Below are positions 53,470-63,295 of a stretch of DNA of 64,000 bases, piece by piece; within the stretch, counting starts at the first letter, position 1, and every line of letters begins with the position of its first letter. The translations under genes and the position numbers were made by a program. The DNA is taken from the NCBI RefSeq assembly GCF_054482595.1, contig NZ_CM137008.1; one strand, given 5' to 3'. The notes beneath the pieces are model-generated. The model was not told the origin of the DNA and ran no database searches. It saw nothing but the letters and a program-made list of their open reading frames with translations.

Positions 53470-55803
53470 TTGGCCAACTCATCCTCACGATATTCCGTTC
53501 TGACTGCCGCCCATTGGGGGCCCATGCTGGTTGAAACCGACGGCGAAACCGTGTTTAGCTCGCGTGGCGCGTTAGCCACAGGAATGGAAAACTCCTTGCA
53601 GAGCGCGGTTCGCGACCAGGTTCACAGCAATACGCGGGTACGATTTCCAATGGTGCGCAAAGGCTTTCTCGCGTCACCGGAAAACCCGCAAGGCATTCGT
53701 GGGCAGGATGAATTTGTTCGCGTGAGTTGGGATGAGGCGCTGGATCTTATTCACCAACAACATAAACGCATTCGTGAGGCTTATGGTCCGGCATCGATTT
53801 TTGCTGGTTCCTACGGCTGGCGTTCAAACGGCGTGCTGCATAAGGCCTCGACATTATTACAACGCTATATGGCGCTGGCAGGCGGTTATACCGGGCATCT
53901 GGGGGATTATTCGACCGGTGCGGCACAGGCGATCATGCCGTATGTCGTGGGTGGCAGCGAAGTTTATCAACAGCAAACCAGTTGGCCGCTGGTGCTGGAA
54001 CATAGCGATGTCGTGGTGCTGTGGAGTGCTAACCCACTCAATACGCTGAAAATTGCGTGGAATGCATCTGATGAGCAGGGGCTTTCTTACTTTTCCGCAC
54101 TGCGTGACAGCGGGAAAAAGCTGATCTGCATTGATCCAATGCGATCGGAAACCGTCGATTTCTTTGGCGATAAAATGGAGTGGGTGGCACCGCACATGGG
54201 CACCGATGTTGCGCTGATGCTGGGGATCGCCCATACGTTGGTGGAAAATGGTTGGCACGACGAAGCGTTTCTGGCGCGTTGCACCACCGGTTATGCCGTC
54301 TTCGCCTCTTATTTGCTGGGCGAGAGTGACGGAATAGCGAAAAACGCCGAATGGGCGGCAGAGATTTGTGGTGTTGGCGCAGCGAAAATCCGCGAGCTGG
54401 CGGCTATTTTCCACCAAAATACCACCATGCTGATGGCAGGCTGGGGAATGCAGCGCCAACAGTTTGGTGAGCAAAAACACTGGATGATCGTCACGCTGGC
54501 AGCAATGTTGGGGCAAATCGGCACACCCGGCGGCGGTTTTGGTCTTTCTTATCATTTTGCCAATGGTGGTAACCCCACGCGGCGTTCTGCGGTGCTCTCT
54601 TCCATGCAGGGCAGCTTGCCGGGTGGCTGCGATGCGGTGGATAAAATCCCTGTTGCCCGCATTGTTGAAGCACTGGAAAACCCTGGTGGCGCATATCAAC
54701 ACAACGGTATGAACCGACATTTCCCGGATATTCGTTTTATCTGGTGGGCGGGCGGTGCCAACTTTACTCATCATCAGGATACCAATCGCCTGATCCGTGC
54801 CTGGCAAAAACCGGAGCTGGTGGTGATCTCTGAATGCTTCTGGACGGCGGCGGCAAAACACGCGGATATCGTTCTGCCTGCGACTACCTCTTTTGAGCGT
54901 AATGATCTCACCATGACCGGTGATTACAGTAATCAGCATCTGGTGCCGATGAAGCAAGTGGTGCCGCCACGCTATGAAGCGCGTAATGATTTTGATGTTT
55001 TTGCCGAGTTAAGTGAACGCTGGGAGAAGGGCGGTTATGCACGTTTTACGGAAGGAAAAAGTGAGCTGCAATGGCTGGAAACGTTTTATAACGTTGCCCG
55101 ACAGCGCGGGGCAAACCAGCAGGTTGAATTGCCGCCATTTGCTGAGTTCTGGCAAGCCAATCAGTTAATTGAGATGCCGGAAAACCCGGACAGCGAGCGG
55201 TTTATTCGCTTCGCTGATTTTTGCCGCGATCCGCAGGCGCATCCATTAAAAACCGCCAGCGGTAAGATTGAAATCTTCTCGCAGCGTATTGCCGATTACG
55301 CTTATCCGGATTGCCCGGGGCATCCAATGTGGCTGGTGCCGGACGAATGGCAGGGCAATGCCGAACCGGAACAGTTACAGGTACTTTCTGCTCATCCGGC
55401 GCATCGTCTGCACAGCCAGCTGAATTACAGTTCTCTGCGCGAATTGTACGCGGTGGCAAACCGTGAGCCTGTCACCATTCATCCTGACGATGCCCAGGCG
55501 CGCGGCATACAAGATGGCGATACTGTTCGGCTGTGGAACTCACGCGGGCAAATTCTTGCCGGAGCGGTCATTAGCGAGGGAATTAAACCTGGCGTGATTT
55601 GCATTCACGAAGGGGCATGGCCGGATCTGGATTTAACCGCTGACGGTATTTGTAAAAACGGCGCAGTGAACGTGCTGACCAAAGATCTCCCCAGCTCGCG
55701 GCTGGGGAATGGCTGTGCGGGTAATACGGCGCTGGCATGGCTAGAAAAATACAACGGTCCGGAACTGACACTTACAGCGTTTGAACCACCGGCCAGCTCA
55801 TAA
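53470..55803 (+). CDS. bisC: biotin sulfoxide reductase (molybdopterin oxidoreductase)
   Basis: The ORF is 777 aa from a TTG start, with AGGAG 8 nt upstream, opening (M)[25 protein letters not shown].... Its 3' end overlaps convergent yiaC by 32 nt. Confidence 0.93.
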   Translation: MANSSSRYSVLTAAHWGPMLVETDGETVFSSRGALATGMENSLQSAVRDQVHSNTRVRFPMVRKGFLASPENPQGIRGQDEFVRVSWDEALDLIHQQHKRIREAYGPASIFAGSYGWRSNGVLHKASTLLQRYMALAGGYTGHLGDYSTGAAQAIMPYVVGGSEVYQQQTSWPLVLEHSDVVVLWSANPLNTLKIAWNASDEQGLSYFSALRDSGKKLICIDPMRSETVDFFGDKMEWVAPHMGTDVALMLGIAHTLVENGWHDEAFLARCTTGYAVFASYLLGESDGIAKNAEWAAEICGVGAAKIRELAAIFHQNTTMLMAGWGMQRQQFGEQKHWMIVTLAAMLGQIGTPGGGFGLSYHFANGGNPTRRSAVLSSMQGSLPGGCDAVDKIPVARIVEALENPGGAYQHNGMNRHFPDIRFIWWAGGANFTHHQDTNRLIRAWQKPELVVISECFWTAAAKHADIVLPATTSFERNDLTMTGDYSNQHLVPMKQVVPPRYEARNDFDVFAELSERWEKGGYARFTEGKSELQWLETFYNVARQRGANQQVELPPFAEFWQANQLIEMPENPDSERFIRFADFCRDPQAHPLKTASGKIEIFSQRIADYAYPDCPGHPMWLVPDEWQGNAEPEQLQVLSAHPAHRLHSQLNYSSLRELYAVANREPVTIHPDDAQARGIQDGDTVRLWNSRGQILAGAVISEGIKPGVICIHEGAWPDLDLTADGICKNGAVNVLTKDLPSSRLGNGCAGNTALAWLEKYNGPELTLTAFEPPASS

Positions 55804-56212
55804 TCCAGGTGGGTAGTTGGGTTTCATCCTGCCATGCGCAATCGACAATGTGAAAACCCTGCGCCTGGTAAAAATCTATCGCCGGTTGATTTTTTTGATA
55901 AACCTCCAGCATCAGATGGGGATGGCGCTGTTGCACATACTGCATCAGCGCCTTACCAATACCGCGCCTGACGGCCTTCGGTGCGACAAACATCGCTGCC
56001 AGAAATCGGCCTTCCATAATGCTGACAAAACCAAGAAGCTTACTGTCTTCTTCCCAGACCCAGTTTTGTGCGTTGGCAAGATAGGCATCCCGCACCAGCG
56101 GAATGCACTCGCGCCAGTAATTCGCTTTTATAAAGGGATGGCCCCAGGTTGTACTTTCCAGCCACAGTTCGAGGATCGCGGGGAGTTCTGAACGTTGCGC
56201 TTCCCTAATCAT
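55772..56212 (-). CDS. yiaC: GNAT-family N-acetyltransferase
   Basis: The ORF is 146 aa with the GNAT motif [12 protein letters not shown]. Its start overlaps the tag stop (ATGA). Confidence 0.9.
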   Translation of the reverse strand: MIREAQRSELPAILELWLESTTWGHPFIKANYWRECIPLVRDAYLANAQNWVWEEDSKLLGFVSIMEGRFLAAMFVAPKAVRRGIGKALMQYVQQRHPHLMLEVYQKNQPAIDFYQAQGFHIVDCAWQDETQLPTWIMSWPVVQTL

Positions 56213-56772
56213 GGTTTATTTCCCGGATAGCAACAGCAGCCAACCACATGATCATTCACCAGCCCACATGCCTGCATAAAGGAGTAACAGATTGTGGTAC
56301 CGACAAACTTAAAACCACGTTTTTTCAGTGCCTTAGATAGGGCGTCGGAGGCGGGCGTAGATGTGGGGATTTCGCTCAACGTTGTGGCTTGTGTCACCTG
56401 TGGCTGATGATTTACAAACGACCAGACAAAGTCGGCAAACGGTTCGCCGTTCTGTTCCATTTGCAGGTACGCCCGCGCATTACCAATAATTGCCTGAATT
56501 TTCCCGCGATGGCGGATAATCCCGGCGTCCTGTACCAGTCTTTCGACATCCTCTTCCTGCATTGCGGCAACCTTCACCGGATCGAACTGATGAAAGCAGG
56601 CGCGATAGTTTTCGCGTTTTTTGAGGACGGTGATCCACGATAACCCAGCCTGCTGCCCTTCCAGGCAGATCATTTCGAACAGTTTTTTACTGTCAGTTTC
56701 AGGCACGCCCCACTCATTATCATGGTAGGCAATATAAAGCGGGTCCTGACTCACCCAGCCGCAACGTTCCAT
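56209..56772 (-). CDS. tag: 3-methyladenine DNA glycosylase I
   Basis: MERCGWVSQDPLYIAYHDNEWGVPETDSKKLFEMICLEGQQAGLSW... gives 187 aa from the ATG at 56770-56772. The 266-aa track ORF is over-extended. Confidence 0.95.
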   Translation of the reverse strand: MERCGWVSQDPLYIAYHDNEWGVPETDSKKLFEMICLEGQQAGLSWITVLKKRENYRACFHQFDPVKVAAMQEEDVERLVQDAGIIRHRGKIQAIIGNARAYLQMEQNGEPFADFVWSFVNHQPQVTQATTLSEIPTSTPASDALSKALKKRGFKFVGTTICYSFMQACGLVNDHVVGCCCYPGNKP

Positions 56773-56929
56773 ACTTTCCCTCGCTATGTACCCGATCGTA
56801 AAAATTTCAGCCGCTTTTCTTGACGCATCGGTGAAAAAGTCAATATTTAATACAGGGCTACTATGCCCGATATCCTTCATACAATGACAATAATATTGCC
56901 GAATTCGGCTCTTCCCTGGAGTCGTGTTA

Positions 56930-57628
56930 ATGATCATAAAAAAAAGCGGTGGTCGCTGGCAGCTAAGCCTGCTGGCGAGTGTGGTAATCAGTGCCTTTTT
57001 TCTCAACACAGCTTACGCCTGGCAACAAGAATATATCGTTGATACGCAACCCGGGCATTCCACAGAGCGTTACACCTGGGATAGTGATCATCAACCTGAT
57101 TACAACGATATTTTGTCGCAACGTATTCAAAGTAGCCAAAGGGCGCTGGGACTGGAAGTCAATCTGGCGGAAGAAACCCCTGTGGATGTGACCAGCAGTA
57201 TGAGTATGGGCTGGAATTTTCCTTTATATGAACAGGTTACAACTGGCCCGGTCGCGGCATTACATTACGATGGCACAACCACCTCGATGTATAACGAGTT
57301 TGGCGACAGTACTACCACTCTGACCGATCCGTTATGGCATGCCAGCGTGAGTACCTTAGGCTGGCGTGTTGACTCCCGGCTTGGCGATCTCCGACCCTGG
57401 GCGCAAATCAGCTATAACCAGCAATTTGGCGAGAATATCTGGAAGGCGCAATCAGGCCTGAGCCGGATGACGGCGACAAACCAGAACGGCAACTGGCTGG
57501 ATGTCACCGTAGGCGCTGATATGTTGCTCAATCAAAATATTGCCGCCTATGCCGCGCTATCTCAGGCAGAAAATACCACTAACAATAGCGATTATCTGTA
57601 TACGATGGGGGTTAGTGCCAGATTTTAA
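56930..57628 (+). CDS. yhjY: autotransporter-beta-domain-like outer-membrane protein
   Basis: MIIKKSGGRWQLSLLASVVISAFFLNTAYA... gives 232 aa and ends in ...YTMGVSARF (terminal Phe). Confidence 0.88.
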   Translation: MIIKKSGGRWQLSLLASVVISAFFLNTAYAWQQEYIVDTQPGHSTERYTWDSDHQPDYNDILSQRIQSSQRALGLEVNLAEETPVDVTSSMSMGWNFPLYEQVTTGPVAALHYDGTTTSMYNEFGDSTTTLTDPLWHASVSTLGWRVDSRLGDLRPWAQISYNQQFGENIWKAQSGLSRMTATNQNGNWLDVTVGADMLLNQNIAAYAALSQAENTTNNSDYLYTMGVSARF

Positions 57629-57742
57629 CGTAACAATCACAATTAAAACCATTGAATAACAATAGTTGTGGCGATAGTGGGTGCTAACTTACCAAATAAT
57701 AAATTTGGTGAATAATTGTCGCGTCATTCATTCCTGAACTAA

Positions 57743-57773
57743 GGCATTTCATTCCGTTCTGATGGCATTTCAT
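57743..57773 (+). promoter_or_regulatory. YpdB (PyrR) response-regulator binding site in the yhjX promoter
   Basis: A perfect direct repeat GGCATTTCAT (57743-57752) - N11 - GGCATTTCAT (57764-57773) is present. It matches the published YpdB motif and lies about 85 nt upstream of the yhjX ATG. Confidence 0.8.
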
Positions 57774-57856
57774 GCCGTTTTTCCCCAGGCATAAAGTGCA
57801 CTTCGTTATGGTTGTCGGCAGAGATTTTTCCTTTTTATTACTGCAGGAATACTGCC

Positions 57857-59059
57857 ATGACACCTTCAAATTATCAGCGTACCCGCTGGTTGACACTCAT
57901 CGGTACTATCATTACCCAGTTTGCGCTGGGGTCGGTTTATACCTGGAGCCTGTTTAACGGCGCGCTTTCCGCCAAGCTGGATGCGCCGGTAAGCCAGGTC
58001 GCTTTCTCTTTCGGCTTGTTAAGTCTGGGGCTGGCAATATCGTCTTCTGTTGCGGGCAAATTGCAGGAACGTTTTGGTGTTAAACGCGTCACCATCGCTT
58101 CCGGCATTTTGCTGGGATTAGGGTTCTTCCTGACAGCGCATTCTGACAACCTGATGATGCTGTGGTTAAGCGCCGGTGTGCTGGTCGGTCTGGCGGATGG
58201 CGCGGGTTACCTGCTGACGCTCTCTAACTGCGTGAAATGGTTCCCGGAGCGTAAAGGTCTGATCTCCGCGTTCGCTATCGGTTCTTATGGTCTGGGTAGC
58301 CTGGGTTTCAAATTTATCGACACGCAGCTGCTGGAAACGGTCGGTCTGGAAAAAACCTTTGTGATTTGGGGAGCGATTGCGCTGGTGATGATTGTTTTCG
58401 GCGCAACATTAATGAAAGACGCACCAAAACAGGAAGTGAAAACCAGCAATGGCGTAGTGGAGAAAGATTACACGCTGGCAGAGTCGATGCGTAAACCGCA
58501 GTACTGGATGTTAGCGGTAATGTTCCTGACTGCCTGCATGAGCGGCCTGTATGTGATTGGGGTAGCGAAAGATATCGCCCAAAGTCTGGCACACCTTGAT
58601 GTGGTTTCCGCAGCCAATGCAGTCACTGTTATTTCCATCGCCAACCTTTCAGGTCGTCTGGTGCTGGGCATTCTGTCTGACAAAATCGCCCGTATCCGTG
58701 TTATCACCATTGGTCAGGTAATTTCGCTTGTGGGTATGGCGGCCCTGCTGTTTGCACCATTGAATGCAGTGACGTTCTTTGCAGCGATTGCCTGCGTGGC
58801 ATTTAACTTTGGCGGCACTATTACCGTCTTTCCGTCACTGGTCAGTGAGTTCTTCGGCCTCAATAACCTGGCGAAAAACTACGGTGTGATTTACCTCGGT
58901 TTCGGTATCGGTAGCATTTGTGGTTCGATTATCGCCTCACTGTTTGGCGGCTTCTATGTGACGTTCTACGTCATCTTTGCTCTGCTGATTCTGTCATTGG
59001 CGCTTTCTACGACGATTCGTCAGCCAGAGCAGAAAGTATTGCGTGAGGCGCATATTTAG
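57857..59059 (+). CDS. yhjX: MFS (oxalate/formate antiporter-like) transporter, pyruvate-inducible
   Basis: MTPSNYQRTRWLTLIGTIITQFALGSVYTWSLFNGAL... gives 400 aa from the ATG at 57857. The product is polytopic. Confidence 0.92.
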   Translation: MTPSNYQRTRWLTLIGTIITQFALGSVYTWSLFNGALSAKLDAPVSQVAFSFGLLSLGLAISSSVAGKLQERFGVKRVTIASGILLGLGFFLTAHSDNLMMLWLSAGVLVGLADGAGYLLTLSNCVKWFPERKGLISAFAIGSYGLGSLGFKFIDTQLLETVGLEKTFVIWGAIALVMIVFGATLMKDAPKQEVKTSNGVVEKDYTLAESMRKPQYWMLAVMFLTACMSGLYVIGVAKDIAQSLAHLDVVSAANAVTVISIANLSGRLVLGILSDKIARIRVITIGQVISLVGMAALLFAPLNAVTFFAAIACVAFNFGGTITVFPSLVSEFFGLNNLAKNYGVIYLGFGIGSICGSIIASLFGGFYVTFYVIFALLILSLALSTTIRQPEQKVLREAHI

Positions 59060-59082
59060 CCAGGAACTACAGATTTTGAACG

Positions 59083-59110
59083 AAAGGGGGAGGAAATCCT
59101 CCTTTTTTAT
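59083..59110 (+). terminator. yhjX intrinsic terminator
   Basis: gggaggaaatcctcc is followed by ttttttatt. Confidence 0.65.
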
Positions 59111-59403
59111 TGCATTTTAAAGAATAAAAATGAAAATATTTTATCTTATTATTTGTGTGGTGAATGTTTTTGTTTTGTTTAATTGATATTTTATATTTAT
59201 TTATTCCTAAAAATAAACGATGGCTTTTTATGTGAAAATGTAACGCAATGATTTTTTTTAAGATTTAAAGTTGGATGCGCTATTAATATATTATTCGTAT
59301 AATTTTATTATTCGTATTTCATTGTATAATCCTTCCTTCAAAGTTGTCGATTTTGATACATCAAGATTTTCTTTTTAATGTAATTTTTTAAATGGAGTTT
59401 TTC

Positions 59404-59928
59404 ATGAAAAAGGTCGTTTTTGCCTTAACCGCACTGGCGTTAACTTCTGGCACTGTATTCGCAGCAGAGTCTGGTGACGGCACGGTTAAATTTACAGGCG
59501 AGATCGTGGATTCACCTTGCGTACTGTCCGTTGACTCTCAGAACCAGGAAGTTGTGTTGGGTCAGGTACAAAAATCTGTATTTGCTGCGGTTGGTGACAA
59601 ATCCCCGGCAAAACCTTTCGAAATCAAACTGGAAGATTGCGATACCACCACGATGAAAAAAGCCAATGTGAGCTTTAGCGGTGTTGGTGATGCAGATCAA
59701 TCTGATCTGATTTCTGTTAGTACTGAAGCCGGTGCGGCGAAAGGTGTTGGTATCGGTATTTATGATAACAGCAACACCCTGGTCGCTCTTAACGGTGGTA
59801 AAGCAAGTGTTGATCTGAGTAAAGGCCAGACGGTTCTCTACTTTACCGCCAACTACGTTTCAACTCTGGCAACGGTAACGACCGGTTACGGCAATGCGCA
59901 GGTCGATTTCAACCTGTCTTACGAGTAA
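59404..59928 (+). CDS. lpfA: long polar fimbriae major subunit
   Basis: MKKVVFALTALALTSGTVFA/AESGDGTVKFTGEIVDSPCV...GYGNAQVDFNLSYE has a type-1-like pilin layout and is very similar to E. coli LpfA as I recall. GGAG lies 6 nt before the ATG at 59404. Confidence 0.88.
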   Translation: MKKVVFALTALALTSGTVFAAESGDGTVKFTGEIVDSPCVLSVDSQNQEVVLGQVQKSVFAAVGDKSPAKPFEIKLEDCDTTTMKKANVSFSGVGDADQSDLISVSTEAGAAKGVGIGIYDNSNTLVALNGGKASVDLSKGQTVLYFTANYVSTLATVTTGYGNAQVDFNLSYE

Positions 59929-59980
59929 TCGTCTGTTTTACCCATGGCGGCGTAATTGCCGCCATTAGTCGTCAAAATTC

Positions 59981-60679
59981 ATGGATCGAATGATGAAAAG
60001 TAAATTTGTTGCGTTGGCTCTGTCTCTGTTCCTCTCCCAGTCAGTTCTGGCGGGGGGCGTTGGGCTTAGTGCTACCCGTGTGATTTATGATGGCAGTAAG
60101 AAAGAAGCCTCGCTGACCGTACAGAATAAAAGTAAGACGGAAGAGTTTCTGATCCAGTCCTGGGTGGATGATGCCGCGGGCAGCAAAAAAACACCGTTTA
60201 TAATTACCCCGCCGTTGTTCAGGCTCGATCCTGGAAAAAACAATATATTGCGTATTGTAAATACTACCCCTGGCCTGCCGCAGGATCGCGAATCGGTCTA
60301 CTGGGTTAATGTGAAAGCCATTCCGTCTAAAAGTGACGACAGCGAAAACAAAAATGTATTACAGATTGCTGTTCGCACCCGAATCAAACTTTTTTATCGC
60401 CCGGCAGGTTTAAAGGGTGATGTAAAAACCGCGCCAAATGAACTGCGATTTACGCGTAACGGTAATCAGCTCCGCGTTGATAATCCGACAGTTTTTAATA
60501 TTACCTTTAATCAATTTTTTGCGAATGACAAAGAAATTGAAAAAGCAGGCATGGTACCCGCTAAAGGGGCATTAAATATCACATTACCCGCCGGGGTAGG
60601 TAGCGTTTCTAAAATTAAATATAACGCCATCAATGACTTTGGATCGTCAGCGGAAATGATGACTAAAAATGTTGATTGA
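59981..60679 (+). CDS. lpfB: fimbrial periplasmic chaperone (PapD-like)
   Basis: The ORF is 232 aa and contains ...GGVGLSATRVIYDGSKKEASLTVQNKS...FLIQSWVDD...YWVNVKAIPS (chaperone signature). The start may be at 59990 or 59993. Confidence 0.88.
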   Translation: MDRMMKSKFVALALSLFLSQSVLAGGVGLSATRVIYDGSKKEASLTVQNKSKTEEFLIQSWVDDAAGSKKTPFIITPPLFRLDPGKNNILRIVNTTPGLPQDRESVYWVNVKAIPSKSDDSENKNVLQIAVRTRIKLFYRPAGLKGDVKTAPNELRFTRNGNQLRVDNPTVFNITFNQFFANDKEIEKAGMVPAKGALNITLPAGVGSVSKIKYNAINDFGSSAEMMTKNVD

Positions 60680-60707
60680 TTAATATCTTTTCAGGAGAAA
60701 TAGCTCA

Positions 60708-63281
60708 ATGTCACGGAAGACCGTTTCACGTACTTTTTCTTCCTTTTCTATCTCTGTGGTGGCGGTTGCTGTTGCCAGCACGTTTTCTGCACATGCCGGA
60801 AAGTTTAACCCCAAATTCCTGGAGGACGTTCAGGGTGTGGGCCAGCATGTCGATTTAACGATGTTCGAAAAAGGCCAAGAACAGCAGTTACCCGGCATCT
60901 ATCGTGTCTCTGTTTACGTCAATGAACAGAGAATGGAAACCCGCACACTGGAATTTAAAGAGGCCACAGAAGCACAGCGCAAAGCGATGGGGGAATCCCT
61001 TGTGCCTTGCCTTAGCCGGACGCAACTGGCAGAGATGGGCGTGCGCGTTGAAAGCTTTCCGGCCCTCAATCTGGTGCCTGCCGAAGCCTGCGTACCGTTT
61101 GACGAAATCATTCCCCTGGCCTCAAGCCATTTCGACTTCAGTGAACAAAAGCTGGTATTAAGTTTCCCTCAGGCGGCGATGCACCAGGTGGCGCGTGGCA
61201 CGGTGCCGGAATCTTTATGGGACGAAGGTATCCCTGCGTTGCTGCTGGATTACAGTTTTAGCGGGAGCAACAGTGAATATGACTCGACGGGGTCTTCCAG
61301 CAGTTATGTCGATGATAATGGCACTGTTCATCATGATGATGGTAAAGATACGCTAAAGAGCGACAGCTACTACCTCAACTTACGCAGCGGGCTGAACCTT
61401 GGCGCTTGGCGGTTACGGAATTACAGTACCTGGAGCCATTCCGGTGGCAAAGCGCAGTGGGATAATATCGGTACGTCTTTGAGTAGGGCCATCATCCCTT
61501 TCAAAGCGCAATTAACAATGGGGGATACGGCGACCGCGGGGGATATTTTTGACAGCGTTCAGATGCGTGGCGCGATGTTAGCCTCCGATGAAGAGATGCT
61601 GCCCGACAGCCAGCGAGGCTTTGCACCCATCGTTCGTGGGATCGCCAAAAGTAACGCCGAAGTCAGTGTTGAACAAAACGGCTACGTTATTTATCGCACC
61701 TATGTGCAGCCTGGTGCCTTTGAAATAAACGATCTTTACCCCACTGCAAACAGCGGTGATCTCACGGTCATTATTAAAGAAGCGGATGGCAGTGAACAAC
61801 GCTTTATTCAGCCATTCTCATCGGTGCCAATTTTCCAGCGTGAAGGCCATCTCAAATATAGCTTTGCCGCAGGTGAATATCAGGCCGGGAATTATGACAG
61901 CGGCTCGCCGCGTTTCGGGCAGCTTGATCTGATTTATGGTTTACCGTGGGGGACGACCGCCTACGGCGGCGCATTAATCTCCAATAATTACAATGCGTTT
62001 GCATTAGGGATAGGTAAAAACTTTGGTTATATCGGGGCGATTTCCATCGATGTGACACAGGCGAAAAGCGAGCTGAATAACGATCGCGATAGCCAGGGAC
62101 AATCTTATCGCTTCTTATATTCCAAGAGCTTCGAAAGCGGCACCGATTTCCGCCTCGCGGGCTATCGATACTCTACCAGCGGTTTCTATACCTTCCAGGA
62201 AGCCACCGATGTTCGCAATGATGCCGACAGCGACTATAACCGTTATCACAAGCGCAGCGAAATACAGGGTAACCTGACGCAGCAATTAGGGTCATATGGC
62301 TCTGTTTATTTAAATTTAACGCAGCAGGATTACTGGAACGACGCAGGTAAACAGAACACGGTATCGGCGGGTTACAACGGACGTATTGGCAAGGTCAGTT
62401 ACAGTATTGCATATAGCTGGAATAAAAGCCCTGAATGGGATGAAAGCGATCGCTTGTGGTCTTTCAATATTTCCGTTCCACTAGGCCGGGCCTGGAGTAA
62501 CTATCGCGTCACGACCGACCAGGATGGTCGTACCAATCAACAGGTTGGGGTCAGCGGAACGCTGCTTGAGGATCGCAACCTGAGCTACAGTGTCCAGGAA
62601 GGCTACGCCAGCAACGGTGTGGGTAACAGCGGTAATGCTAACGTTGGCTATCAGGGTGGGTCCGGTAATGTCAACGTAGGCTATAGCTACGGGAAAGATT
62701 ACCGGCAGCTCAACTACAGCGTTCGCGGCGGCGTGATAGTTCATAGCGAAGGCGTGACGCTTTCCCAACCGCTAGGCGAAACCATGACGCTCATCTCCGT
62801 ACCCGGTGCGCGCAATGCCCGCGTGGTGAATAACGGCGGCGTTCAGGTTGACTGGATGGGTAACGCGATCGTGCCTTACGCCATGCCGTATCGTGAAAAC
62901 GAAATCTCACTGCGTAGCGATTCGTTGGGTGACGATGTTGACGTTGAAAATGCGTTCCAGAAAGTGGTGCCAACGCGTGGAGCGATTGTCAGAGCGCGTT
63001 TTGATACCCGCGTTGGTTACCGCGTATTAATGACGCTGCTTCGTTCCGCGGGCAGCCCGGTGCCCTTTGGAGCAACGGCAACGCTAATCACCGATAAACA
63101 AAACGAGATGAGCAGTATCGTTGGTGAAGAAGGACAGCTCTATATTAGCGGAATGCCAGAGGAAGGACGGGTATTGATTAAATGGGGTAATGACGCGTCG
63201 CAGCAATGCGTGGCGCCTTATAAATTATCCCTGGAATTAAAACAGGGCGGAATTATTCCTGTTTCGGCCAATTGCCAGTAA
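60708..63281 (+). CDS. lpfC: fimbrial outer-membrane usher, uninterrupted
   Basis: A single 857-aa ORF with AGGAG upstream and a signal peptide. Usher hallmarks are present (...FNPKFLED...; C-terminal ...QQCVAPYKLS...ANCQ). Confidence 0.9.
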   Translation: MSRKTVSRTFSSFSISVVAVAVASTFSAHAGKFNPKFLEDVQGVGQHVDLTMFEKGQEQQLPGIYRVSVYVNEQRMETRTLEFKEATEAQRKAMGESLVPCLSRTQLAEMGVRVESFPALNLVPAEACVPFDEIIPLASSHFDFSEQKLVLSFPQAAMHQVARGTVPESLWDEGIPALLLDYSFSGSNSEYDSTGSSSSYVDDNGTVHHDDGKDTLKSDSYYLNLRSGLNLGAWRLRNYSTWSHSGGKAQWDNIGTSLSRAIIPFKAQLTMGDTATAGDIFDSVQMRGAMLASDEEMLPDSQRGFAPIVRGIAKSNAEVSVEQNGYVIYRTYVQPGAFEINDLYPTANSGDLTVIIKEADGSEQRFIQPFSSVPIFQREGHLKYSFAAGEYQAGNYDSGSPRFGQLDLIYGLPWGTTAYGGALISNNYNAFALGIGKNFGYIGAISIDVTQAKSELNNDRDSQGQSYRFLYSKSFESGTDFRLAGYRYSTSGFYTFQEATDVRNDADSDYNRYHKRSEIQGNLTQQLGSYGSVYLNLTQQDYWNDAGKQNTVSAGYNGRIGKVSYSIAYSWNKSPEWDESDRLWSFNISVPLGRAWSNYRVTTDQDGRTNQQVGVSGTLLEDRNLSYSVQEGYASNGVGNSGNANVGYQGGSGNVNVGYSYGKDYRQLNYSVRGGVIVHSEGVTLSQPLGETMTLISVPGARNARVVNNGGVQVDWMGNAIVPYAMPYRENEISLRSDSLGDDVDVENAFQKVVPTRGAIVRARFDTRVGYRVLMTLLRSAGSPVPFGATATLITDKQNEMSSIVGEEGQLYISGMPEEGRVLIKWGNDASQQCVAPYKLSLELKQGGIIPVSANCQ

Positions 63282-63295
63282 GCAAGGAGAGCGAA

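Noticed and set aside
53857-54957. A 366-aa minus-strand ORF inside bisC, and similar antisense ORFs in mtlA (769-1509, 1549-2550), malS, GH127, xylG and aldB.
   Set aside because: These are shadow ORFs on the opposite strand of well-supported genes. They have no independent start context or recognisable domains.
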